Below are positions 36,122 to 44,675 of a stretch of DNA of 64,000 nt, piece by piece (position 1 is the stretch's first letter; each line of letters begins with the position of its first letter). The translations under genes were made by a program, and so were the position numbers. This DNA is from an uncultured Coxiellaceae bacterium (GTDB lineage: Bacteria; Pseudomonadota; Gammaproteobacteria; DSM-16500). The stretch lies in assembly GCA_964492045.1 (NCBI GenBank), contig CAZBHW010000012.1, forward strand, positions 14,431 to 78,430, in the 5' to 3' direction. The notes under the pieces are model-generated. The model was given only the letters and a program-made list of their open reading frames with translations. It was not told the DNA's origin and ran no database searches.

Positions 36122-36617
36122 GACTAACTCCTTTTAGTATAAATAAAGCAAATAGCAGTAGGGATGCCTGCTAACCAAGCAACAACGCTGTTTCATTGGC
36201 ATTCAAAATCTGTTCATACATAATATAAGATTCTGATCTATATGTAAAATCATCAAATATTTAGGATATTGATTGGTGCTTATGGACAGCTGCTCTTCCT
36301 GGACGGCGAAGTGTATCATCATGAGGGCATGGAGAGTATATCAGGTTATTCCAATATGCTTTTCATGAAAAGCCATAAATAGCAGAAACTCAGGCGAACC
36401 TTCTGGCACAAGCGCATTAACATTTAGGGTATAGGTTCTTTTTAACAACGAATTAAGAGCAATGCATGATAAATATATAACCATCAGCTAGAGAGCTGTG
36501 CAATTAATGGATGATTCGTCATTGGATTTGAAATTTATGACTTTAACCTCAAACAACCAATAATCTCACAAGCTTTACAGCAGGATTAATGAGGATTGTC
36601 ATGCAGGAGATAACCCG

Positions 36618-36800
36618 ATGAATGCTACAGAAAAAGAAAAATATCGATTTGTCATTATGGGTGCTACTTGCGCAAGCTGTGTCTCAAAAATTGAAAATAA
36701 AATAAGAGAGGTTCCAGGTGTATTAAAAGCTGAAATGAATTTTGCTGATCGAACAGTCACAGTCTCTTTAACGACTGAGGTATTACCATTTATCAGCTAA
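36618..36800 (+). pseudogene. remnant of a second copA: N-terminal heavy-metal-associated domain only
   Basis: The 60 aa MNATEKEKYRFVIMGATCASCVSKIENKIREVPGVLKAEMNFADRTVTV... are about two-thirds identical to the N-terminus of the 757-aa CopA (37985-40258). The frame ends where an opposite-strand toxin remnant begins. A functional CopZ-like chaperone cannot be excluded. Confidence 0.5.
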
Positions 36801-36905
36801 CAGAAGCTTTAATACTTCAGTGAGTAATGTATCCAAATCTTTCCTAAAGCGTGGCGTTGCTTTTATGCGCTTATAATCTCGCTTAAATGCAGATGAGCGC
36901 TCAAT
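36783..36905 (-). pseudogene. N-terminal remnant of a YafQ/RelE-type toxin
   Basis: My translation IERSSAFKRDYKRIKATPRFRKDLDTLLTEVLKLLLADKW* resembles the first about 40 aa of YafQ/RelE toxins (FKKDYKR...). It has no ATG and no catalytic C-terminal half. It lies directly downstream of the dinJ-like gene. Confidence 0.5.
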
Positions 36906-37167
36906 CGTCCTCATTTAAATCTTCGATGAATGAATTAAGGTTACTAAATTTCTTAGCTTTGCCAGCTTCAAGTGCTGCCATCGCTTTTTGCGTATGAGTG
37001 TTAGGAACTCTTACATCAAAAGGTAAACGGCGTTCATCAGCGACTCGGAGCATTAGCAGGCGAATAGTATCAGATATGGATAAACCCATTGCTTCAAGCG
37101 CATGAGCAGCGCGTTCTTTAGTTTTGGTATCAATACGAGCGCGAACATAAGTATCGACTGTACGCAT
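36901..37167 (-). CDS. RelB/DinJ-family antitoxin (orphan)
   Basis: 88 aa with an N-terminal ribbon-helix-helix pattern VRARIDTKTKERAAHALEAMGLSISDTIRLLMLRV. Confidence 0.75.
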   Translation of the reverse strand: MRTVDTYVRARIDTKTKERAAHALEAMGLSISDTIRLLMLRVADERRLPFDVRVPNTHTQKAMAALEAGKAKKFSNLNSFIEDLNEDD

Positions 37168-37194
37168 AAGAAAAGCACCTCTATAAGCGTATAC

Positions 37195-37216
37195 CCCGCA
37201 GACATTTGTCCGCGGG
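37195..37216 (-). terminator. hairpin downstream of the last gene of the copper cluster
   Basis: The minus-strand RNA CCCGCGGAC-AAAU-GUCUGCGGG forms a 9-bp stem including one G-U pair. The U-tract is weak. Confidence 0.35.
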
Positions 37217-37236
37217 ATTACTTCATAGCTAACGAA

Positions 37237-37473
37237 TTACATCGGCATGTCTTTCATGTCCTTCATGTCGCCATTGCTTTTGTCTTTCATTTTGTCGTGA
37301 TCGTTTTTCATTTTTCCGTCATCTTTCATCGTTTTATCATTTTGCTGCATTTTGTCATTATCTGTTGCTGTGGCAGGTGTATTCGCTGTAGCATCATCTG
37401 CAGCATATGTAGCAGAAACAGGTGCTAAAGCCATGATTGTGATCATACAACTTGTAATAAGTATGTTTTTCAT
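37237..37473 (-). CDS. small secreted Met/Lys/Asp-rich protein (putative periplasmic Cu(I)-binding)
   Basis: 78 aa. A signal peptide is followed by reiterated DKM/MKD motifs, with 8 Met in the roughly 54-aa mature part by my count. Confidence 0.6.
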   Translation of the reverse strand: MKNILITSCMITIMALAPVSATYAADDATANTPATATDNDKMQQNDKTMKDDGKMKNDHDKMKDKSNGDMKDMKDMPM

Positions 37474-37623
37474 GGGGTACTAATCCTTGTATAGTTGATG
37501 AATTGTGAATGTAACTATGTATTATAAGTCATATCCAATATTTGAACAATACTGCATGATCTATGCTATGTTTAGCCTTAAACTTAACATTCATATATAC
37601 AAACAGATATCATTTCGCATGCT

Positions 37624-38010
37624 TCATACTTTAGCGATCAACTTACCCCGATACATCCCCATTTGGCAGGTAAATTCGTATTCGCCAGGTTTTTCAATAC
37701 TAATATTGATATCAATCGGGTCATCTAAAGGCAGCTGTCGACTAATATTTAATGAAGAAAAATTAACAATTTCAGCACAAGGACTAGCATCTTTACGAAT
37801 AAATCGCAGAATGAAGGGGTGATTAAGTTCAACCGGAATATACGTCGGTGTATAAACACCATCTTTTACTAATACCTCGATGATATTTCCGGTTTTAATG
37901 TTTGCCAATTTTGAAACATTAAGATTGGGCTTATAGAGCCAAAACCACCAAACAACTAAACCGATTAGTCCTAAACCAATAACGTTAATGACTATGATCA
38001 TGATTATCAC
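37624..38010 (-). CDS. membrane-anchored cupredoxin-like domain protein
   Basis: 128 aa with an N-terminal TM and a C-terminal [18 protein letters not shown] typical of the small cupredoxin-fold proteins encoded next to copper ATPases. It overlaps the copA end by 26 nt. Confidence 0.65.
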   Translation of the reverse strand: MIIMIIVINVIGLGLIGLVVWWFWLYKPNLNVSKLANIKTGNIIEVLVKDGVYTPTYIPVELNHPFILRFIRKDASPCAEIVNFSSLNISRQLPLDDPIDINISIEKPGEYEFTCQMGMYRGKLIAKV

Positions 38011-40258
38011 CTGTCGGTTTAAAAAATCGTAAACGATTGGCGTTTGTCACAACAGTCACTGATGATAATGCCATCGCGAAGCCTGCAAGCATTGGATTTA
38101 ATAGTAAGCCTATCACGGGAAATAAAACACCGGCAGCAATTGGAATTCCTACTACGTTATAAATGAAAGCGCCAAAAAGATTTTGCTTCATATTTCTAAT
38201 AGTTCGTTTCGATAGCTGGATAGCTTGAACAACACTATTTAATGAATTACGCATTAAAGTAATATCAGCGCTTTCCATGGCGACATCGGTACCGCTTCCC
38301 ATGGCAAAACCAACGTCAGCTAGTGCTAAAGCTGGCGCGTCATTGATACCATCTCCTACCATACCAACTATTTCTCCTTTCGATTGCAGTTCAGCCACTT
38401 TTGTAGATTTACTTTCAGGAGAAACTTCAGCAAAGACATTTTTTATGCCGACCTGTTCTGCGATTGCTTGTGCGGTGGTAATGTGATCCCCCGTTATCAT
38501 AATGACATTTATGCCCAACGCTTGCATGGCTGCAATAGCCTCTTTTGAGTCAGATTTAACAGGATCAGCAATAGCAATCATTCCAATAATAATTTGGTTT
38601 TTTGCGATATAAATGGGTGTTTTAGCTTGCGTTGCTAATTTTTCCTCTTTATTTTCCCAATCCTGTAAGGGAATATTATATTTCATCATTAGTTTACGAT
38701 TTCCAAGATAGATCCATTGCTCATTAATCATGCCGCGTACACCAATGCCAGTGATAGCTTCAAAATCTTTGACTTGTAATATGTGCCCACCATTTTTTTT
38801 ATTAGCTTTAATCACTGCATCGGCAAGAGGATGCTCAGAAACCGATTCGATGCTTGCAGCTAATATCAGTAATTCATTAGCATCATTGGTTGTTGCAGGA
38901 AAAATATCAGTAACTTGAGGTTGACCTTGTGTAATAGTACCTGTCTTATCCAGCACAATTGTGGTTAATTGACCTGTTTGCTGTAGTGCATCTGCATGTC
39001 TAATTAAAATGCCATATTCTGCTCCTTTGCCAATACCAACCATAACCGAAATCGGAACAGCAAGGCCTAATGCGCAGGGACAAGCTACAATCAATACAGC
39101 CATTGATGTTACTAACATATATGCGATTGTTGGCTCAACGCCAATATTAAACCAGATAAGTGCAGTTAATATTGAAATAATAATGACAGTTGGTACAAAA
39201 ACCGCAGATATTGTATCTGCAAGTCGAGCTAATTCAGGCTTAGAATTTTGTGCTTGTTGAACTAAAAGGATAATTTTCGCAAGAACCGTTTCACTACCGA
39301 CATGATTTGTTTTGAAGATAAAACTGCCTGACTTATTCAAAGTCCCGCCATATACAGGGTCATCATTTCCTTTTTGACGAGGAAGCGGCTCTCCTGTCAG
39401 CATTGATTCATCAATATAAGAAGTGCCATCAATGATAATACCATCAACTGGAATTTGCTCACCCGGACGTACACGAACATGGTCACCAATTTTTAAATTT
39501 TCAATAGGTTCGTTTATCTCTCTATCATCTTTAATGACACGAGCAGTTTTAGGTTGCAGGCGCATTAATCGCTGAATAGCTTCGGAAGTATGATGCCGTG
39601 CACGTAATTCAAGTACAGCGCCCATGTTCACTAATGCAATAATCACGACACCAGCCTCAAAGTAAACGTGCTGTGCCATCTCGGGTATATATTGAGTGAA
39701 TAAAATAGCGATCATCGAATACAACCATGACATCCCTGTTCCAATCGCTATCAATGTATCCATATTCGCAGAATGAAACAGTAAAGATTTCCATGCACCA
39801 ACGAAAAAATGTCCACCTGAATATATTAAGACTCCTAGTGTAACTAACCCAATCAACAAATTTTGCCAAAACCCAGAGGTTGTTTGTAAAGATGGAAGAT
39901 GGTTGAACATGCTCACAATAAATAAAGGTAATCCAATAGCAATCGCCACTAGCATTTTATACAGCAAGCTTTGATAATATATTTGCTCGGCGATATTCTT
40001 ATCTGTATTTTCGTGTAAATTATTGGTTATCAATTTCCCCTGATAACCAATATGTTTAATCGCATCAATAATCACATCAGGTAATACATCAACTTCTTGT
40101 GTAACAGTTACGGTTCGATCAACGAAATTCATATCAGCATGCAACACGCCTGGAATTTCTTTGATCTTATTTTCAATCTTAGTAACGCAGCTAGTGCATG
40201 TGGCGCCGGTAATAATATATCGATATTTTATATTCTCTTTACTCGTTGAGTTATTCAA
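37985..40258 (-). CDS. copA: copper-translocating P1B-type ATPase
   Basis: 757 aa with an N-terminal HMA domain (GATCTSC), TGEP, CPC ([10 protein letters not shown]), DKTGTIT and GDGINDAP. Confidence 0.9.
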   Translation of the reverse strand: MNNSTSKENIKYRYIITGATCTSCVTKIENKIKEIPGVLHADMNFVDRTVTVTQEVDVLPDVIIDAIKHIGYQGKLITNNLHENTDKNIAEQIYYQSLLYKMLVAIAIGLPLFIVSMFNHLPSLQTTSGFWQNLLIGLVTLGVLIYSGGHFFVGAWKSLLFHSANMDTLIAIGTGMSWLYSMIAILFTQYIPEMAQHVYFEAGVVIIALVNMGAVLELRARHHTSEAIQRLMRLQPKTARVIKDDREINEPIENLKIGDHVRVRPGEQIPVDGIIIDGTSYIDESMLTGEPLPRQKGNDDPVYGGTLNKSGSFIFKTNHVGSETVLAKIILLVQQAQNSKPELARLADTISAVFVPTVIIISILTALIWFNIGVEPTIAYMLVTSMAVLIVACPCALGLAVPISVMVGIGKGAEYGILIRHADALQQTGQLTTIVLDKTGTITQGQPQVTDIFPATTNDANELLILAASIESVSEHPLADAVIKANKKNGGHILQVKDFEAITGIGVRGMINEQWIYLGNRKLMMKYNIPLQDWENKEEKLATQAKTPIYIAKNQIIIGMIAIADPVKSDSKEAIAAMQALGINVIMITGDHITTAQAIAEQVGIKNVFAEVSPESKSTKVAELQSKGEIVGMVGDGINDAPALALADVGFAMGSGTDVAMESADITLMRNSLNSVVQAIQLSKRTIRNMKQNLFGAFIYNVVGIPIAAGVLFPVIGLLLNPMLAGFAMALSSVTVVTNANRLRFFKPTGDNHDHSH

Positions 40259-40285
40259 AATAATTCCTCACTTTTACATGGCCAT

Positions 40286-40648
40286 CTAAATTGGGCAAAG
40301 ATAGGCTTGTGCAGTTATCGCATATTTTTCGATCATGAAAAACCCAGAACTTCTGACATAGTAGCGCTTCGCTTTTGTTTTTATAAGCGCCGTAATAACA
40401 ACTGCGTTTCCACCAAGTTTTGCACTTTCATTCTTAATATAATTAATGTGGTCTTTTTCTTTATTTTCTCTCAAATCTAAATATTCATGGACATTCGGAT
40501 TTGAGATAGTTCCTAAAAGCTTACATGACTTAGGTGCGTGTTCATACAGTGCAACATTCTTACCACCCGTAGTTAGTTGCCGCACAGAACAACTAAACAT
40601 TAAACAACTAGTTAAAATTAAAAATATAACGAAAGAAAAATACTTCAT
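40286..40648 (-). CDS. DUF4156-family lipoprotein (paralog A)
   Basis: 120 aa with a signal/lipobox-like MFSC, then SCKLLGTISNPNVH, IKNESAKLGGNAVVIT and AQAYLCP. Confidence 0.65.
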   Translation of the reverse strand: MKYFSFVIFLILTSCLMFSCSVRQLTTGGKNVALYEHAPKSCKLLGTISNPNVHEYLDLRENKEKDHINYIKNESAKLGGNAVVITALIKTKAKRYYVRSSGFFMIEKYAITAQAYLCPI

Positions 40649-40669
40649 ATCATGACTCCTTGCTTGATC

Positions 40670-43468
40670 TCAAAACAGCATAGATAAACCAAATGTTAAT
40701 GTATTCTCGCTGGTAGATTCACCACCATTTCGTTGTATACTTCGATACACACCGTAAGTCTGCTCACGTTCAAATTCAGCGACAAGATTGATGCCTGGCA
40801 TTAATCGATAATATGGCCTAACGATAAAGCGCATTTGATTTAATCCACTGCCTATCTCAGCGGCAGTTACAGTTTTTGATGCGGCAATTCCTCGCACGCC
40901 TAAGCGAATAAAAAAATTATTTGTTATTTGCGTATCACGTGATATTTCAACATCTAGTTTCGCGCTACCGCCATATACATAACCTCTAATGTCTGTGTCG
41001 ATAAAATATGGCAGTAACCCTTCAATGCCGATGCCGGGCTGCCAATATGGTGTTGTTGCTGGGCGATAATAATAATTAGCACCACCTTTGACCGCCCAGA
41101 ATTGCGAAATTAAACGCCAATAGAAAATATCGATATCTGCATTCGCAATACTGCCTTTACTTACCTCAGCATCGTTGGCGAATAATTCAATTTTGTTATA
41201 GTCGCGTCCGTATAAACCTTTATAGGTAACTCTCTGTACATTATTGAAAGGATCAGCCCCGACATCCAAGAATGTTGCCAACCATAGTCCCATCTGGTGT
41301 GCCATTGGATGCTTAACCAGAGCAGGATCTATTGGCCTCACTTCATCTACCCTGACAACTGGTCGATTCTTGTAAGGTGTTTTCTTAATAACATCTTGTG
41401 GCTTAGCTTCATCTTTTACGATTTCGAGCAATGTCGAGTACTGAAACGTGCGCGCCATCCCTGACATCATGTGATAGAGCATATGGCAATGAAATATCCA
41501 CTGACCACTCGCATCCGTATCAACATCGGCAGTCATGGTAGCACCTGGCAGCACATCAATCGTATGTAATAACGGGTCATATTCACCATTACCTTTGCGC
41601 AAAATAAACCAATGGCCATGAATATGCATGGGATGATGCATCATAGATGTGTTAGTGAAGATAAAACGATAACGTTTCCCTGGCTCAAGTACGATAGGAT
41701 GCGCTCTGTCTTCAGGAACTCCATTAATAAACCAAATGTAGCGATCCATATAACCGAACAATTCCATATTAATTACGCCTGCTATGGGCTTGTTGGGATC
41801 ATTAGTTTTAACAGCGGCTGTTAACTTTTCATATTTGGTGTCTATCGACGTTTCGTAATTTGAATTTGGGGCTGCAATTCCATCTCCAAATCTGGTTGCT
41901 TCTGTCGGCATACTCATGTCCATGGTAGCTGACATGCTTGACGATGAATGTGAAGAATTTGCTTGCATGGAATTCATGGAACTCATCGACATGGCACCCA
42001 TGTCATGCATACCGTGTTGACTCATATTCATCATCATTCCACCTTGCATCTTTTTATCGGGCACTTTCTTTGGTGGAGTTTGAGCTTTCATAGGCATGTC
42101 TTTTGGCATGGTTGACGCATCGTGTGACGACATGTCCTGCATTGAACTCATATCTATTGCCATTCCATCATGAGATTTTTTACTCGTTGAATTAGCATTA
42201 TTTGGCGTTGTTTTTTCATTGCTCATAGGCATCGAATGGTTCATGGGCATATTGCCATCCATCTTCATACCAGCCATTGAGTCAGAAGTGTTGTCCATCT
42301 TCATCTGGCCGGACATCTCACTCATAGGTTTTGTCTTGTTTGGAGGCGGACTCTTAGCTTTATCTGCAGGTAAAGTGCCTTGATTTTTACTACCCATCAT
42401 TAGCTCCATCATACCCCTAGTGACAGGTAAAGGTTCGGGGAAGGGCATTACTTGTTTGAAGTTAACAACTTGCTTGGGTGAGGTAACCAATGCACCGTAT
42501 GCAGCACCTACAGTATCAATGGATTCGGCGTAAATAATGTAAGGGTCATTTTTCTGTATTTTTACTAATACATCGAATGTTTCGCCCGGTGCAATCGTAA
42601 AATCTTTGACAGGATATGGTTTGATATCATTGCCATCGACATGAACCATTTCCATCGTCGTACCCGGAATTTTGACATGAAAAATAGTACTGCCGCCTGC
42701 TCCTATAAATCGGAGCCGAACAATATCTCCAACCTTCACAGGTGCAGTCCATGGTTTAGCTTTAGTCTGACCATTTAACAGAAATGCATCGTAGGCGACA
42801 TCGCTAAAATCATAAATACTCATGCGCATTTGCTGCATCATTTTATAATCATCAATTAATTGACGACGTTCTGCCGTGGACGATTTTCTATAATCATGAA
42901 TAAATTTCAAAAGAGAAGGTTGTAGTGGAAAATTAGGCGAATAATAATCACCTTCTTTTTTTAAATTGGCAAGAATCTGGTCGGGATGGGTATTACTCCA
43001 ATCAGATAAAACGACAACGTAATCTTTCGTGTACTGATAAGCTGGTGGTTGTAATGGATCGATAATAAATGCGCTGTATAAGCCTTGTTGTTCTTGAAGT
43101 CCAGCATGTGCATGATACCAATAAGTACCCGATTGATGCAGTGTAAATTGATAATGGAAAACCCCACCAGGCGGAATGCCATGTTGTGATATACCCAATA
43201 CACCGTCCATCTGCCAAGGTAAAATAATTCCATGCCAATGTAGGGCGGTTTCTTCTTTTAGCTTGTTATGAACATTAATAGTGACTTGGTCGCCTTCTTT
43301 AAAATGCAGTATAGGCGCAGGAATTTGATTATTAGCAGCTAGTGCCACAACCGGTTTTCCTGCAAAATTAACTGTTTTATAGTCTATGACTAAATCAACC
43401 ACACGTTTTTCTGCCATTGTTGCTGTCATAAAAAATAGACAGAAAATTGCAATTAGAATTCTACTCAC
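40670..43468 (-). CDS. fusion of a CopA/PcoA-type multicopper oxidase with a CopB/PcoB-type outer-membrane domain
   Basis: 932 aa. MCO motifs are HWHGIILPWQMDG, WYHAHAG, HPMHIHGHWF and HCHMLYHMMSGM, with a long Met/His/Ser-rich insert. The C-terminal roughly 250 aa (ISQFWAVKGGANYYYRP...GIEGLLPYFIDTDIRGY...IGSGLNQMRFIVRPYYRL...TFGLSMLF) align in pattern with PcoB. Confidence 0.8.
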   Translation of the reverse strand: MSRILIAIFCLFFMTATMAEKRVVDLVIDYKTVNFAGKPVVALAANNQIPAPILHFKEGDQVTINVHNKLKEETALHWHGIILPWQMDGVLGISQHGIPPGGVFHYQFTLHQSGTYWYHAHAGLQEQQGLYSAFIIDPLQPPAYQYTKDYVVVLSDWSNTHPDQILANLKKEGDYYSPNFPLQPSLLKFIHDYRKSSTAERRQLIDDYKMMQQMRMSIYDFSDVAYDAFLLNGQTKAKPWTAPVKVGDIVRLRFIGAGGSTIFHVKIPGTTMEMVHVDGNDIKPYPVKDFTIAPGETFDVLVKIQKNDPYIIYAESIDTVGAAYGALVTSPKQVVNFKQVMPFPEPLPVTRGMMELMMGSKNQGTLPADKAKSPPPNKTKPMSEMSGQMKMDNTSDSMAGMKMDGNMPMNHSMPMSNEKTTPNNANSTSKKSHDGMAIDMSSMQDMSSHDASTMPKDMPMKAQTPPKKVPDKKMQGGMMMNMSQHGMHDMGAMSMSSMNSMQANSSHSSSSMSATMDMSMPTEATRFGDGIAAPNSNYETSIDTKYEKLTAAVKTNDPNKPIAGVINMELFGYMDRYIWFINGVPEDRAHPIVLEPGKRYRFIFTNTSMMHHPMHIHGHWFILRKGNGEYDPLLHTIDVLPGATMTADVDTDASGQWIFHCHMLYHMMSGMARTFQYSTLLEIVKDEAKPQDVIKKTPYKNRPVVRVDEVRPIDPALVKHPMAHQMGLWLATFLDVGADPFNNVQRVTYKGLYGRDYNKIELFANDAEVSKGSIANADIDIFYWRLISQFWAVKGGANYYYRPATTPYWQPGIGIEGLLPYFIDTDIRGYVYGGSAKLDVEISRDTQITNNFFIRLGVRGIAASKTVTAAEIGSGLNQMRFIVRPYYRLMPGINLVAEFEREQTYGVYRSIQRNGGESTSENTLTFGLSMLF

Positions 43469-43486
43469 TGAGAAAATCTCCTACGC

Positions 43487-44074
43487 TTAGTCAGCATGAT
43501 CATGTGGAGTACTATGTTCATCATTATTCATTGGCGGCATTGTTGAATGATCCATCGTGCTTCCGTTTATGCCCTCATTATGTTGATGCTGATGTCCTTC
43601 ACCTTCAGATTTGGGCATGGACAAGACACCTAATCCATAGCGGTATACCAATTCAGCACCTCGCCATGCAGTAGACAACAGTAGGCACTGTACAAGTAGT
43701 ACAGTGATAGTAAAAACTAAGGTGACTGATCTCTGTTTGTAATGTCGCCATGCTGCCCATAAAGCAACAAGTATGATTGCACTAGCAGTCGGTAAAGCCC
43801 AATTACGATGGTTAGTCATGGCGAGATGAGACGGACCATCATGATTGACAGAATTATAAGCCTGCCATCCAGCGAGAACCGTAATCGCCGTAATGAGGGC
43901 GGCGATCCATAAGCTCCAGCGAGCCACCACCTCAAATTCACTGGAATATATTCTTTTCATACACGATACCTGACTCGTCAGATAGGCTAACGTGTAAAAT
44001 CCAGCGGCGGCAGTATATAAACCTATCGTGAAGTGGACAAAAATCGGGTGCCAGTTAGGGAGAATTTCAATCAT
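43487..44074 (-). CDS. DUF2231-family integral membrane protein with a His-rich C-terminal tail
   Basis: 195 aa with an N-terminal HPIFVHFTIGL motif and 4 TM segments. The tail is GEGHQHQHNEG...DEHSTPHDHAD. Confidence 0.65.
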   Translation of the reverse strand: MIEILPNWHPIFVHFTIGLYTAAAGFYTLAYLTSQVSCMKRIYSSEFEVVARWSLWIAALITAITVLAGWQAYNSVNHDGPSHLAMTNHRNWALPTASAIILVALWAAWRHYKQRSVTLVFTITVLLVQCLLLSTAWRGAELVYRYGLGVLSMPKSEGEGHQHQHNEGINGSTMDHSTMPPMNNDEHSTPHDHAD

Positions 44075-44106
44075 ATAGCCTTCCTTGGTGATAATGATGA
44101 CAGAGA

Positions 44107-44550
44107 TTAAATCAATGGTGTCTCACTTATTTTGACATGAGTATTCAAGCTTTTACCTGATGCGGGCATTAATGCCGATGAGCAACGATAAGCTTTTGCT
44201 ATGACACTGTGTTCATTCACAGTGATGGATCTCGGAGTTTTCCCGTATGCTTTGATCTTTGTTTCATGGGATACATGTGAAGTAAGTATTACTATATTTG
44301 CACCAAGTTTTGCGCCTTCATTTTTAAGAAAATTAATGTCATCTTTCTGTAAATCAGCAATTGAAGACTCTAAATATAAATCACCATGGACATTCGAATT
44401 CATGATATCGCCCATAAATTTACAAGATTTAGGTACCATATAATCAGAGAGGTGAACGTTTTCTGCGCCAGCATTCAATGATCGAGGTGCGCATCCAACA
44501 ATAAATCCTGATATCAGTAAGGCAGATAATGAGAAAAATATATTTTTCAT
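44107..44550 (-). CDS. DUF4156-family lipoprotein (paralog B)
   Basis: The ATG at 44550 gives MKNIFFSLSALLISGFIVGCAP (lipobox). Also present are SCKFMGDIMNSNVHG, LKNEGAKLGANIVILT and AKAYRC. Confidence 0.7.
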   Translation of the reverse strand: MKNIFFSLSALLISGFIVGCAPRSLNAGAENVHLSDYMVPKSCKFMGDIMNSNVHGDLYLESSIADLQKDDINFLKNEGAKLGANIVILTSHVSHETKIKAYGKTPRSITVNEHSVIAKAYRCSSALMPASGKSLNTHVKISETPLI

Positions 44551-44675
44551 GTAGCTAAGTTCCTGATGATAATGAAAATACGTTACTAGATACAATTTTC
44601 AACTACCGCCTGAATCCGGTCAACACTTGTCTAAATAATTTCCAAACAGTTTGCTGTAAATATAAACAACAACTG

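Noticed and set aside
36618-36800. I considered interpreting this as a bona fide stand-alone CopZ-type chaperone gene.
   Set aside because: The similarity to the resident CopA N-terminus extends beyond the metal-binding loop. The frame also terminates exactly at a junction with an opposite-strand toxin stump, which favours a deletion remnant. It is kept as a low-confidence pseudogene rather than excluded outright.
37102-37822. Plus-strand ORFs at 37102-37428 (108 aa) and 37505-37822 (105 aa).
   Set aside because: They are antisense to the DinJ, Met-rich and cupredoxin genes. Their repetitive FHF/VIV-type translations mirror the DKM repeats on the other strand.
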